Source: an uncultured delta proteobacterium
GTDB taxonomy: Bacteria; Desulfobacterota; Syntrophia; Syntrophales; Smithellaceae
Assembly: GCA_963762595.1 (NCBI GenBank)
Contig: CAVXLI010000022.1
Location: 52-64,051, forward strand
Length of the DNA stretch: 64,000 nt
Reading direction: 5' to 3'
Shown: in pieces, positions 20,505-30,860 of the stretch
Layout of the letters: each line of letters begins with the position of its first letter
Position numbering within the stretch: position 1 is the first letter of the stretch
Made by a program: the position numbers and the translations under genes
The notes under the pieces: generated by a model
What the model saw: the letters and a program-made list of their open reading frames with translations, nothing else
Databases searched by the model: none
Told to the model about the DNA's origin: nothing

Positions 20505-21314
20505 ACCAGGTAAAAGCTTTACTCCATTCTCCCAAAAAATTTTTTTATAAAAATCCTCTGAGAGATTCAATTTGTGCAGATAGTTGATTTCATCCTCACG
20601 GGGTAAAAAAATATTCGGGAAATCAGATCCGTAGAGAATTCTATCCCTGTATTTTTCCAGCAGACTTGTATCGAGATTAAAGCTCCATGGTGCCTGGGGC
20701 CAAAAGGTAAAAGTTGTATCAAGGTAAAGGTTGGGGTATTCATCGAGAAGCTGTATGAATTCCCAATATTCCAAACCGCCCATGTGTGCAATATTGGCAG
20801 GAAGGTTTGGGTATCGCTTTATGAGTTTGCTGAAGCGTTTGATACCGACAAATTCATTTCCAACTGGACCGGTTCCCACATGAAGCAGGAGCCGTTTTTT
20901 CTTATTGATCACCATCTCATAGAGTGGAAAAAGCCTTTCATCATCCGGAGAGATTTGTTGCACCAGGTGATGAAGCTTTATCCCGACAACCTGTTGCAGA
21001 GATAGCATTTCCTCTGCGTAGCTGAGCGCGTTTTCATCATCGGGATGATATGCGGCAAAGCAATAAAGGTTGGCAAATTCCTTGAGAATGTCTCTGTTCC
21101 AGTTGTTGAGCCATTCTGCGATTCCCTTTTTATGGGCATAGTTTGAATAAACAATATAATGAATATTATGTGCCGCAAGGTATTCTATGCATTGTTTATA
21201 ATAGTATTTATATAGGATTGTAATGCCATATTGTTTATCAAATGTTTTCCATAAAGCATCAAACATATTGTCCGGGAATAGGTGAACATGGAAATCAATC
21301 ATTTTATTTGGCAA
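20496..21314 (-). CDS. amidohydrolase_2 family protein
   Basis: IDFHVH, GIKLH, IAHMG, YGSDFP. Confidence 0.88.
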   Translation of the reverse strand: MPNKMIDFHVHLFPDNMFDALWKTFDKQYGITILYKYYYKQCIEYLAAHNIHYIVYSNYAHKKGIAEWLNNWNRDILKEFANLYCFAAYHPDDENALSYAEEMLSLQQVVGIKLHHLVQQISPDDERLFPLYEMVINKKKRLLLHVGTGPVGNEFVGIKRFSKLIKRYPNLPANIAHMGGLEYWEFIQLLDEYPNLYLDTTFTFWPQAPWSFNLDTSLLEKYRDRILYGSDFPNIFLPREDEINYLHKLNLSEDFYKKIFWENGVKLLPGLS

Positions 21315-21433
21315 TATTTTTTCTATGGAAACCTCCTGTCGTTAAAAAACTCACAACTCCATACGAACACAGTTATTCTATATGGGTTGTAAATACAATC
21401 CATTAATTTTTTTGTCAAGCTGCTACTGAATTC

Positions 21434-21535
21434 ATAAGTTGGTCATGTCCCCGATAACTGGAAGGGGGAACGGGTCAAGTCTTTGCATGGCTCATCTTCA
21501 GAGTGGAAATAATATGGACAATGGTTCTATTTAAT
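21434..21535. repeat. cluster of end motifs
   Basis: TAAGTTGGTCATGTCCCC; 28 bp (21470-21497) identical to 12267-12294; ATGGTTCTATTTA. Confidence 0.75.
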
Positions 21536-21596
21536 TATAATACAGCATGGTATTTGTAAAACATGTCTTAAAGATATTTAATGAACGGAGGGGCTT

Positions 21597-22257
21597 ATGT
21601 TGAAGAAAGTATTTTTGAGTGTCGCCATTATATTTTGTTTTGTTTCTTCTGCAATTGCTGCAGAACTAAGCCCGATTAAACTTCTTCCGCCCGATATGAA
21701 AGGCGGGAAATCCCTGATGCAATCGTTGCAGGAGCGAAAAACATCCCGGTCATTCAGCACTAAAAAACTGCCGATGGAAGTGCTTTCCAATCTGATGTGG
21801 GCGGCCTGTGGCATCAACCGGCCGGACAGCGGCAAACGCACGGCGCCGTCCGCCCGCAACTGGCAGGAAATCGACGTCTATGTCGCTATGGAAGAAGGCC
21901 TTTATCTTTATAACGCGAAAGCTCATGTGCTCGATCCTGTGTTGAAAAAAGATCTGCGCAAGGACACGACCGTTTTCCTTCAACCGTCAAGAAGCTCGGT
22001 AGCCCACGCACCGCTGCAATTGATCTATGTGGCGGACTATGCGAAGATGAGCTTTGACACGAACGATGAGAATAAAAAGTTCTATTCGTCTGCGGATACC
22101 GGTTTCATTGCCCAGAATGTTTATCTTTATTGCGCTTCCGAAGGACTGGCCACGGTGTGTCCGCGGCATGGTCGATAGGGAGGCTCTGGCCAAAGATATG
22201 AAACTGCGCGACGAACAAAAAATTATTCTGGTGCAGGCGGTAGGCTATCCGCAATGA
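21597..22257 (+). CDS. SagB/ThcOx-type nitroreductase family protein with signal peptide (one frameshift near 22160)
   Basis: RKTSRSF, LMWAACG, RTAPSA, QNVYL; C-terminus continues in ORF 22054..22257 (QAVGYP). Confidence 0.85.
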
Positions 22258-22316
22258 CAAAAAAATTCACCTAGGCCTAATTTAACGGCAGGTGCTCCCA
22301 TCCGTTAATTAAATCT

Positions 22317-22766
22317 TTAACCAAGTGCCTTACGTATGTCTCCAGCCTGTCTTTCCAGCCGTTTCTGCAGTCCGATCCTGGCAAACGGGTTAAGAAACCT
22401 TGTAAACAGACGGGTCAGAACAAAAAGAAGATCATTGCCATAACGGGGAATTACGTGGAGATGCAGGTGAGGGATGTGCTGATTGGCTGCCATTCCGTCA
22501 TTTATGATCAGGTTGGCCCCCTTTGCCTTCAGATTTGACCTGCAGACAGCGCTGCTCAGGAGAGCGCCCTTTTCGAAGATGTGTGATCTAATCTGTGGGG
22601 TCAGCTCATGGGAAAACTGAGCATGCTCAAGGGGAATAACCATCAGGTGGCCAGGGCTGGTCGGGAAAATATCCATAAGCGCGATGCAGATTTCATCACG
22701 GTAAACCTCCACCCCGGGAAGCTCGCCGGCTATTATCTCGCAAAAAACACATTCCCTATTATTCAT
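22317..22766 (-). CDS. HIT family hydrolase
   Basis: CVFC, HIPHLHLHVIPR. Confidence 0.92.
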   Translation of the reverse strand: MNNRECVFCEIIAGELPGVEVYRDEICIALMDIFPTSPGHLMVIPLEHAQFSHELTPQIRSHIFEKGALLSSAVCRSNLKAKGANLIINDGMAANQHIPHLHLHVIPRYGNDLLFVLTRLFTRFLNPFARIGLQKRLERQAGDIRKALG

Positions 22767-22807
22767 TCTTACCTCTCTTCATTATCGACAAAATCTATCA
22801 CCGTCAC

Positions 22808-24397
22808 TTAGGATAGGGAGCCTTCATTTGCCGGAGCCGCGACAAATAGAATTTTGCCGACATCGTAGATCTTGCCGTCTTTGATTACCATTTGCGGTTT
22901 GCGACAAGCCTCTATTTTTTCCAGAGGATTTTCTTTCAGAATTACCAGATCGGCGTATTTGCCCGCTTCCACCGATCCGATCTTATCGGCCATGCCGGCA
23001 ATCTTCGCGTTGTTGATGGTGGCGCACCGCAGGACTTCGGAGTTGGAAAATCCGATGCGGCTGAGCATCTCCATTTCACGCCACAGTGTTCCGTGATATG
23101 CAAACGGAACACCGGCATCCGTGCCGCAGCCAATGACAATTCCCATATCTTTCATTGTCTTTAAATTCCGGGGTCCGACAAGCAGAATATCGAAATAGAT
23201 TTCAGGATTGGCCAGATACATGCCTCTTTGGTACAAGTTCCCGCAACTGTATTTTCGATAGTTTTCCAGATAAGCGATATTGCCTTGATGAATGGAGGCT
23301 TCCGTGTAATCGCCCAATGAAGAATTGATGTATTCGCGCCGGATAGTCATTTCCCGGTCAATAAAATCGTTGCGGTATTTTTGGGGCAGTTCATCGTAGG
23401 CTTCGGGCGCGGCCAGCATCTGTGCAACAATCATGGTGGGCACATTGGCGATTTTCTTTTTAGCCATCGCGGTTATTTCCTTTTCGGTCAGCATCGCGTC
23501 GGCAATAGAATGTTCCATCGAGCTGATGCCGTATTGCAGTGCACGGTTAAATCCGAATTTAGTATGAATGTGTCCGGCGGTCAGCCAGATTATTTTTTTG
23601 CGCGTAGTCAAAAATCGCTTTTAAGTGTTCATCAGCGTAGACGGGTATCTCGCCTTTTCCGCACAACACGGACTTCCTATCCATCGTGAGTTTGATAAAG
23701 GACGCACCGAAGGCAGAGTTTTGCCGCATCTTTTCTTCCAGATCGACTGTATCTTTGAACCATAAATTCGAATGGCCGGTAAAAGCCATCACCAGCGGGG
23801 CAAAGATGCTGATCGTAGCAGGGTCAATATCCGGGTGGCCGCCGTAAATATTGGTGAAGGAGTTGCAAAACACGACTCGCGGACCGATGAGTTCGCCCTT
23901 ATTCAATTTGCGCCAGATAATCATGCAGGACATTCGGCATCGCGCCCATGTCGCGGATAGTGGTCACGCCCTGTTTGATCTGTTGGAGGTAGTTTCTTTT
24001 CATTTGATTCATCGTCGTCAAAAGGCCCAAAGGATTGAGAGTCGATTCGCCGGGCAGGGTTACATGACAATGCGCGTCAATTAAACCGGGTATGACGAAC
24101 TGATTTTTCAAATCCAGAATCAGGTCGCCTTCCCGCGCGGAGGGAATCTTATTGGAAATCGTTTCAATGACGCCACTTCCGTATGGCGATCGTCTGGTCG
24201 CGACGGATGACGCCACGGAAAACATCAAGCACATCGCTATGGATGAGATACAGCGCTTTACCTTCAGCGGTGCCCGCCGGCTGATATTTCGGGATGGATG
24301 AGCAACCGGTTACATTCGGCATTCCCAGGAAAAAAGCGGATGCCGCCGCTGTCTTCATCAGTTGCCTTCTGGTCATTTCGAAAGAAATATTTTGCAT
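22808..24397 (-). CDS. amidohydrolase_1 family, Tat lipoprotein (three apparent frameshifts)
   Basis: TRRQLMK...TGC, PGLIDAHCH, GVTTIRDMG, EH, GTDAG, ATINNA, GKYADL spread over four consecutive ORFs. Confidence 0.82.
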
Positions 24398-24448
24398 GGA
24401 TAGCTGCCCCGCTTAATGTTTTTCAAAACATCCATCTAATTATGTCTG

Positions 24449-24562
24449 AATTCGGTAGCGAGCGCATACGCCGTAGCTTGCTACGGGTAAGCGAGCGAAT
24501 ACTGAATTATATTGTTCCTTAAGAATCGAAGATTCTCCGCGGCTTGCCGCGGAGAGCTTCAA
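24449..24562. repeat. GCTTGC-loop hairpin pair (IS200/IS605-end-like palindromes)
   Basis: CCGTAGCTTGCTACGG and CTCCGCGGCTTGCCGCGGAG within larger inverted repeats. Confidence 0.7.
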
Positions 24563-24644
24563 TTTATATTGAAAACACCGGATATTGCAAGAATATATTG
24601 AACTACGACATATAGCATAATCAATAAGCATCAATAATAATGTG

Positions 24645-24674
24645 TTGACAAAATAATCCATAATTTGGATTATT
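24645..24674 (+). promoter_or_regulatory. promoter with overlapping palindromic operator
   Basis: TTGACA immediately followed by AATAATCCA-N5-TGGATTATT. Confidence 0.6.
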
Positions 24675-24704
24675 CACTAATTAAATGGGCAATTAAATAT
24701 CAGG

Positions 24705-25838
24705 ATGTTGACAGACAATCAAATTTACAGGCAGCTCCAGCTTCAATTAGACAAGTATCCTATTGGATATCCTTCAACAAAAAGCGGTGTTGAAATTGAT
24801 ATCTTGAAATATTTTTTCACGCCGCTTCAGGCAAAGATAGCGCTCTGCCTTACACTCCGATCAATACCCGTTTCCAAAATCCGCAAAAGGCTCAAAGATA
24901 AATTCAATATCGAATTATCCCAGTATGATCTGTCTTCGATGCTTTATGAAATGTTTATGAAAGGCGTCATCAGCCGATCAGGAAGCGCCGGGCCTCCCCG
25001 CTACAGCATTGCTATGCTGGCGATTGGTATGTTTGAATATCAGGTGGATGATCTCACCAGGGAACTGATGGAAATGATCCACAAATATTTTGACGAAGCA
25101 TTCGGCGCTGAATTCTTCCGGTCATCCCTGCCCCAGCTGCGGACAAGCCCCCATATGAAGGCGATTGTTCCGGAATATATTGTTGATACGTATGACAATA
25201 TGCGGCACTTCATCACCAACACCAAAGAAACAATTCACGTGGCCAACTGCGTCTGCAAACAGGGTGAAGCCATTATGGGGAAACCTTGCCAGCAGACGGA
25301 TAATATTGAAGTCTGTCTGCTGATCGGCTCAAGCAGTCATGCGGCGCGCAACAGAGCCAGGCAAATATCCAAAGAGGAATGCCTGAAGATATTGGATGTG
25401 GCCGAAGAAAAAGGGATGGTCCTTCAGCCCGGAAATTCGCGAAAACCCAACTGCATCTGTATCTGCTGCGGTTGCTGCTGCGGGGTTTTAACGACCGCCA
25501 AAAAACAATCCCAGCCGGCCCGATTTTTTGTTTCCAATTATTATGCCCGCATCGATACAGCTTTATGCAAAGAATGCGGAATTTGCCTGCAACGCTGTCA
25601 GATGGATGCGATTATTCAGGAGGACAAAAACTTCCGGGTGGATCTGGACCGGTGCATCGGGTGCGGCCTTTGCGTGACAAAGTGTAAACTGAAAGCCGTC
25701 AAGCTGATTAAAAAAGAGAAGGTTACCGTGCCGCCGAGAAACACCGAGATTTTATATTTAAGTATCCTGATGGAAAGAGCAGGCAGGAAAAAAATGATTG
25801 TCAATATGCTCCGGCTGCTTTTGGGGAAGCCTTTATAA
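24705..25838 (+). CDS. 4Fe-4S dicluster domain protein
   Basis: CVC, CICICCGCCC, two CxxCxxCxxxC ferredoxin motifs. Confidence 0.88.
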   Translation: MLTDNQIYRQLQLQLDKYPIGYPSTKSGVEIDILKYFFTPLQAKIALCLTLRSIPVSKIRKRLKDKFNIELSQYDLSSMLYEMFMKGVISRSGSAGPPRYSIAMLAIGMFEYQVDDLTRELMEMIHKYFDEAFGAEFFRSSLPQLRTSPHMKAIVPEYIVDTYDNMRHFITNTKETIHVANCVCKQGEAIMGKPCQQTDNIEVCLLIGSSSHAARNRARQISKEECLKILDVAEEKGMVLQPGNSRKPNCICICCGCCCGVLTTAKKQSQPARFFVSNYYARIDTALCKECGICLQRCQMDAIIQEDKNFRVDLDRCIGCGLCVTKCKLKAVKLIKKEKVTVPPRNTEILYLSILMERAGRKKMIVNMLRLLLGKPL

Positions 25839-25858
25839 TGCCTTTAGCTTCATAGATA

Positions 25859-25887
25859 TTGACATTTGTCTACTTAAGCTCTAAATT
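25859..25887 (+). promoter_or_regulatory. sigma70-like promoter
   Basis: TTGACA-N17-TAAATT. Confidence 0.55.
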
Positions 25888-25915
25888 GAAAGAAAACCAT
25901 ATGGGAAATTAAGTT

Positions 25916-26164
25916 ATGCCGATTTATGAATATAAATGCGATAAGTGCCGAAAACAATTTGAAGTTGTCACCATGAGCATGAATGAAAAAGTAAATGCGC
26001 TATGTCCGAAATGCAAGTCCAAAAAGACCAGCAGAATGATGTCCCAATTCGGCCGCGGGAAATATGGTTCACTTAGTTCGGGTAGTTCCAGCAGTGCCAC
26101 TTCCTCCAGCAGTTCCGGGTGTTCATCGTGCTCCTCGTCAAATTGTTCGTCCTGCGGGCATTAA
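25916..26164 (+). CDS. FmdB family zinc-ribbon protein
   Basis: MPIYEYKCDKC...CPKC; Ser-rich tail with CSSC repeats. Confidence 0.9.
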   Translation: MPIYEYKCDKCRKQFEVVTMSMNEKVNALCPKCKSKKTSRMMSQFGRGKYGSLSSGSSSSATSSSSSGCSSCSSSNCSSCGH

Positions 26165-26335
26165 GTTTATCGAATTCGGCGGCAAGCGCCATCCCCGATA
26201 GCTTACAGCGGGGTAAGTGAGCGATATTGTTCCATAAGAATAGAAGATAATAGGCTGGTTGCCGCGGAAAGCCTCAAATAAATAATAGACTTGTTTTCGA
26301 AAATTGTGATATGAATCAAACAAAGGAGGGTGCTT

Positions 26336-26728
26336 ATGAAAAAGATCATTTTGGTTCTTTTTGTTGCAATTTTTGCAGTCACTGTCTTGGCCTTTGCTGC
26401 CGAGAAAGCGAAGACGGAGCTACGCCCCGCCCAGAAGATAATGCGGGCTCGGGCAGCCTGGTTGACGGACATTAAGAAAAACCTCGGAACCAGCAATTTT
26501 GCAGCCATTGGCAAGGATGCCGATGCATTGGCGGCACAGACCAAGAAAGTAGGAGATGGTCTGGCCAATCCTGTGGCTAAAGAAATAACACTGGCTGTTT
26601 CAATGTTTGCCACAGAGGCCTCCGCTGCCGCTGTCATTAAGGATGGCGCCACTGTAAAAGCCAAACTGGGAGCGATAAAGGGCAAATGTGACGAGTGCCA
26701 CGCTAAATTCAGAGATAAGAAGAAATAG
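26336..26728 (+). CDS. cytochrome c'-like monoheme periplasmic protein
   Basis: signal peptide, helical, C-terminal CDECH. Confidence 0.8.
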   Translation: MKKIILVLFVAIFAVTVLAFAAEKAKTELRPAQKIMRARAAWLTDIKKNLGTSNFAAIGKDADALAAQTKKVGDGLANPVAKEITLAVSMFATEASAAAVIKDGATVKAKLGAIKGKCDECHAKFRDKKK

Positions 26729-26760
26729 TAAGATTAGAACGAGCAATAATCGGGATTGAG

Positions 26761-26791
26761 GCGGTTGGAAGGTTCTTCCAACCGCTTTTTT
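26761..26791 (+). terminator. Rho-independent terminator
   Basis: GCGGTTGGAAG-GTT-CTTCCAACCGC followed by T6. Confidence 0.85.
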
Positions 26792-26825
26792 AATAAGCGG
26801 TTCGCATGAACTGAAAAGAGGAAAG

Positions 26826-27983
26826 ATGTTCGATTTTATATTCTATAATCCGACAAAGATAATTTTCGGCAAAGAAACCATCAAATTTATTGCGCGGGAA
26901 ATTCCCGCAAAATCAAAGGTGATGATTACCTATGGCGGAGGAAGTGCAAAACGCCATGGCTTACTGGATAAGGTTAAAGCGGCCCTGAATGGTTATGACC
27001 TGACCGAATTCGGCGGTATCGAACCAAACCCCGAATACGAAACATTGATGCGGGGGCTGGCGCTGGCACGCAAAAAGAAAATCGATTTTCTGCTGGCACT
27101 CGGCGGCGGCTCGGTCATCGACGGCACAAAATTTATGGCTGCGGCCATTCCCTTCAAGGACGATCCGGCTCTTTTGCTGGCTGACTCCGGCAGCGCTATC
27201 CGGCAGGCTTTGCCGGTTGGCACGGTTGTGACGCTTCCAGCCAGCGGCTCGGAAATGAACAACCGCGCGATTATTACCCGCAAGGCGTTACAGTTTAAAC
27301 AAGCCATTATGAATTCTTTTTTGTTTCCGAGATTTTCCATTCTTGATCCCACCACGACTTTTACTCTGCCCGCAAAATTCATCGGCAACGGCGTTGTCGA
27401 TACCTTTGTTCATGTTCTTGAACAGTATCTGACCTATCCGGTTAATGGAAAAGTGCAGGATCGTCTGGCCGAGGGATTGCTTTTAATGTTGCTTGAAGAA
27501 GGCCCCAGGGCGCTTACCGAGCCGGAAAATTACGATGTGCGCGCCAATCTCATGTGGGGGGCTACGCTAGGTCTGAATGGTCTTCTGGGCGCTGGTGTGC
27601 CTGAGGACTGGGCGGCGCATCGCAGCGGATACGAACTGACAGTCTTGTACGGATTGGATCACGCCCAGACTCTGGCTTGCCTGGTGCCGGCCATGCTTAA
27701 AATTCGTGCCGGGGAGAAACGGCAGAAACTTCTGCAATATGCCGATCGTGTCTGGGGAATCAATTCTGGGGATGAAGACGCGCGCATAAATGACGCGATA
27801 AATAAAACCCGCGCATTTTTCGAGTCCATGGGGTTGCCTACCCGCTTAAGTGATTACGGTGTAAAAAGCGAGTGCATTCCAAGGGTGTTGGAAAAGCTTA
27901 AAGAGCATGGCCTGGTTAACATGGGTGAACGCAAAGACGTCACACCGGAAATGATGCAAGAGATACTGGAGAATTGTTTATAA
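26826..27983 (+). CDS. iron-containing alcohol dehydrogenase (YqhD/BdhA-like)
   Basis: GIEPNP, GGGSVIDGTK, GSEMN, HVLEQY, LDHAQTL. Confidence 0.92.
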   Translation: MFDFIFYNPTKIIFGKETIKFIAREIPAKSKVMITYGGGSAKRHGLLDKVKAALNGYDLTEFGGIEPNPEYETLMRGLALARKKKIDFLLALGGGSVIDGTKFMAAAIPFKDDPALLLADSGSAIRQALPVGTVVTLPASGSEMNNRAIITRKALQFKQAIMNSFLFPRFSILDPTTTFTLPAKFIGNGVVDTFVHVLEQYLTYPVNGKVQDRLAEGLLLMLLEEGPRALTEPENYDVRANLMWGATLGLNGLLGAGVPEDWAAHRSGYELTVLYGLDHAQTLACLVPAMLKIRAGEKRQKLLQYADRVWGINSGDEDARINDAINKTRAFFESMGLPTRLSDYGVKSECIPRVLEKLKEHGLVNMGERKDVTPEMMQEILENCL

Positions 27984-28029
27984 TTTTACAGCGGGGGATA
28001 CTCGAAAATAATTTTCACCGCCAATAGCG

Positions 28030-29202
28030 TTAGCTCATAAGCCACCCATAGCCCATTCCGGCAATCGTTGATAAGACAACCACAATAGAGCAGTAAACAA
28101 ATGTTTTTTTGATGCCCATAATGCTAGTGATGGCAATCATGCTGGGCAGCGATAGCGCGGGGCCGGCAAGAAGCAGAGCTAAAGCCGGGCCTTGCCCCAT
28201 GCCCGAACCGATCAGTCCTTGAAGAATCGGCACTTCTGTGAGCGTGGCAAAGTACATGAGCGCACCGGCAACGGAGGCGAAGAAATTTGCCCACAGCGAA
28301 TTCCCCCCGACGAGAGCTTGAATGGCCGTCTCCGGAATCAGAGCTGGATAACCGGGACGTCCCAGAAGAAATCCCGCCACAAGGACACCACCCAGCAGCA
28401 ACGGCATTATCTGTTTCATAAAACCCCAGGTTGCCTCCAGCCAGCCTACCAGTTCTTCTTTAACAAACCATTTTTTTAGCATTACGGCCAAAACGATGAT
28501 CAGGCCTGCGGTTAAATACCATTTGGCAGCGAAAATGAATTTCCAGATACCGCCATCATCTGCTGTTGGTTTGGCAAAGGAGGCAAAGATCAGAATCAGT
28601 ACCATGGTCAACATATAGAGCCCATCCTGCCAGAGCGGACGTGACTTGTCTTCCTCTTCCGGCAGATAGATCTGACCAGTTTGTCTGTTGGCATCATCCT
28701 TCCGAAAGATGAATGCCATCAGCAAGCCCGTAATCACGGCAAATGCCACAGCGCCAATAGCGCGAGCAAGACCTAACTGCCAGCCCAACACCTTTGCTGT
28801 CAGAATGATGGCCAGCACGTTAATTGCTGGACCGGAATATAGAAAAGCCGTTGCTGGGCCGATTCCGGCGCCCCGTGAATAAATTCCCGCAAACAGAGGA
28901 AGAACCGTGCAGGAACAGACGGCGAGCACCGTACCCGATACGGAAGCTACCGAATAAGACAGGATTTTATTGGCGGTCGCACCGAAATATTTCAACACGG
29001 AAGCCTGAGAAATAAAAACCGTAATTGCTCCGGCAATGAAAAAAGCCGGGATCAGACACGTCAATACGTGTTGGCGGGCATAGTCCTGAAGCATCATAAA
29101 TGCCTCCAGACCAGACTGCCGGATTAGTGTGGTATCCCAGGGGATGTAATAGGCACCCAGAAATACACCGATAATTAATAATAGTTTTTGCCATTCTTTC
29201 AT
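28030..29202 (-). CDS. ArsP-like permease (DUF318)
   Basis: AVCSCTVLPLF, GPAIN, MYFATLTEVPI, GPALSLPS. Confidence 0.88.
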   Translation of the reverse strand: MKEWQKLLLIIGVFLGAYYIPWDTTLIRQSGLEAFMMLQDYARQHVLTCLIPAFFIAGAITVFISQASVLKYFGATANKILSYSVASVSGTVLAVCSCTVLPLFAGIYSRGAGIGPATAFLYSGPAINVLAIILTAKVLGWQLGLARAIGAVAFAVITGLLMAFIFRKDDANRQTGQIYLPEEEDKSRPLWQDGLYMLTMVLILIFASFAKPTADDGGIWKFIFAAKWYLTAGLIIVLAVMLKKWFVKEELVGWLEATWGFMKQIMPLLLGGVLVAGFLLGRPGYPALIPETAIQALVGGNSLWANFFASVAGALMYFATLTEVPILQGLIGSGMGQGPALALLLAGPALSLPSMIAITSIMGIKKTFVYCSIVVVLSTIAGMGYGWLMS

Positions 29203-29221
29203 AATTCATTTCCTCATATTT

Positions 29222-29673
29222 CTATTTTTTTATCTCACTGATAAAATCTTTAGCTCTGTCACCCCGCAGATATTCGGCCAATCCAAGAAGTCCCTCAGTC
29301 AGGTATTTTGATTGGTAGCCCTTCAATGTTAGAAAAGTGCGGGCGATCTCGGCCCGGTCATAATGCGGACAAACTGTGACGATTATCTTCGATTTGTCCA
29401 ACTCATTGAGCCTATCCGGAAGTTCGTTGATCGGAATATGTTTCATGAAACCGAAACTATAGACCTGATGCTCCTCCCGAAAACGAATATCGACGATCTG
29501 CACTTTGCTCTGCTTGTATAGATGCAGCATACCCTTAATGCCGATTTTCATGTTTCTGCGTTCCTGATAGTCAAAGGATTTTAGATAATTCTCAAAAGTA
29601 ACACTTTCCCCTGCGTGAACCGGAATAGTTATGAAAACGTAAACAGCAATATCCAAACTATTTTTTTAGCCAT
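29222..29673 (-). CDS. rhodanese-like protein with signal peptide (5' frameshift)
   Basis: VDIR, VCPHYDR; ATG at 29673 with AGGAGG RBS is out of frame with the main ORF. Confidence 0.75.
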
Positions 29674-29784
29674 TATTCTTTCCTCCTGGCATAATCAATT
29701 CCTGTGCGACTGCTGATAAAAAAACATAGCTGTTATCTTCACTATTAAAGACCTCATTGCAAAAGCTTGTTGCTTGTTTTCTTT

Positions 29785-30834
29785 CTAGCCGGGGAAAAAC
29801 TTCTTCTTAAATTTCAAAGCCACGTTAACCAGAATAATAAGTACCGGCACTTCGATTAGTGGGCCGATGACTGTCGCAAACGCCTGACCTGACCCGATAC
29901 CCCAGATGGCAATGGCAACAGCAATCGCCAGCTCAAAATCGTTACTGCTCGCGGTAAAAGAAACGGCGCATGTTTGGGCATAATTGCCGGTTATTTTCCT
30001 GATGATAAAGAAAGTCACAAACCACATGATAACGAAATAGATGGTCAGCGGAATCGCCACAATGAAGACATCGAAAGGCGATTCAATAATTTTATGGCCC
30101 TGTGTGGAAAACATAACCACAATGGTAAATAATAAAGCTACAAGCGTCAGCGGAGAGAGCTTGGGCATAAAAACATTGTTAAACCATTCCTCGCCCTTCC
30201 AATAGATTATGGAATAGCGGGTAATCAAGCCCGCAAGAAATGGAATGCCCAGGTAGATAAAAACTGTCTTTGCCGATTCGGCCATCGAGACGTTGATATT
30301 GACGGACTGAGCGAGTCCCAGCCAGTTGAGCATCACGGTGATAAAGAAATAAATATAGAAGGCATAAAAAAGAACCTGCGCAATAGCATTGAAGGCCACA
30401 AGCCCTACGGCCAGTTCCCTGTCGCCGCAAGCGAGTTCATTCCACACGATGACCATGGCAATGCACCGCGCCAAACCGACAAGAATAACGCCGATCATGT
30501 ATTCAGGGTAGTTCTGCAGAAAGATGACGGCAAGAACGAACATGACAACCGGGCCGATTACCCAGTTCTGCAAAAGAGATATTGTCAGAAGCTTCTTGTT
30601 TTTGAATACTTTCCCCATCTCTTCGTACTTTACCCGCGCCAGCGGCGGGTACATCATCAGAATAAGGCCGATAGCAATGGGAATTGAGGTCGTGCCGACT
30701 TGCAGGCCGGTAATAAAATTAGACGCCGCGGGAAGAAAATAACCCATAGCGATACCCACACCAATGGCTATAAAAATCCAAAGAGTTAAAAAGCGATCCA
30801 GAAACGACAGTTTTTTTACAACATTTTCAGACAT
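29785..30834 (-). CDS. acr3: ACR3 family arsenite efflux transporter
   Basis: [43 protein letters not shown]. Confidence 0.95.
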   Translation of the reverse strand: MSENVVKKLSFLDRFLTLWIFIAIGVGIAMGYFLPAASNFITGLQVGTTSIPIAIGLILMMYPPLARVKYEEMGKVFKNKKLLTISLLQNWVIGPVVMFVLAVIFLQNYPEYMIGVILVGLARCIAMVIVWNELACGDRELAVGLVAFNAIAQVLFYAFYIYFFITVMLNWLGLAQSVNINVSMAESAKTVFIYLGIPFLAGLITRYSIIYWKGEEWFNNVFMPKLSPLTLVALLFTIVVMFSTQGHKIIESPFDVFIVAIPLTIYFVIMWFVTFFIIRKITGNYAQTCAVSFTASSNDFELAIAVAIAIWGIGSGQAFATVIGPLIEVPVLIILVNVALKFKKKFFPG

Positions 30835-30860
30835 AATTTTCTCCTTCCAATAGTTATAAA

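Noticed and set aside
1-22260. Classical integron with attC sites
   Set aside because: No intI gene, genes lie in both orientations with their own promoters, and I found no consistent RYYYAAC...GTTRRRY sites after each gene.
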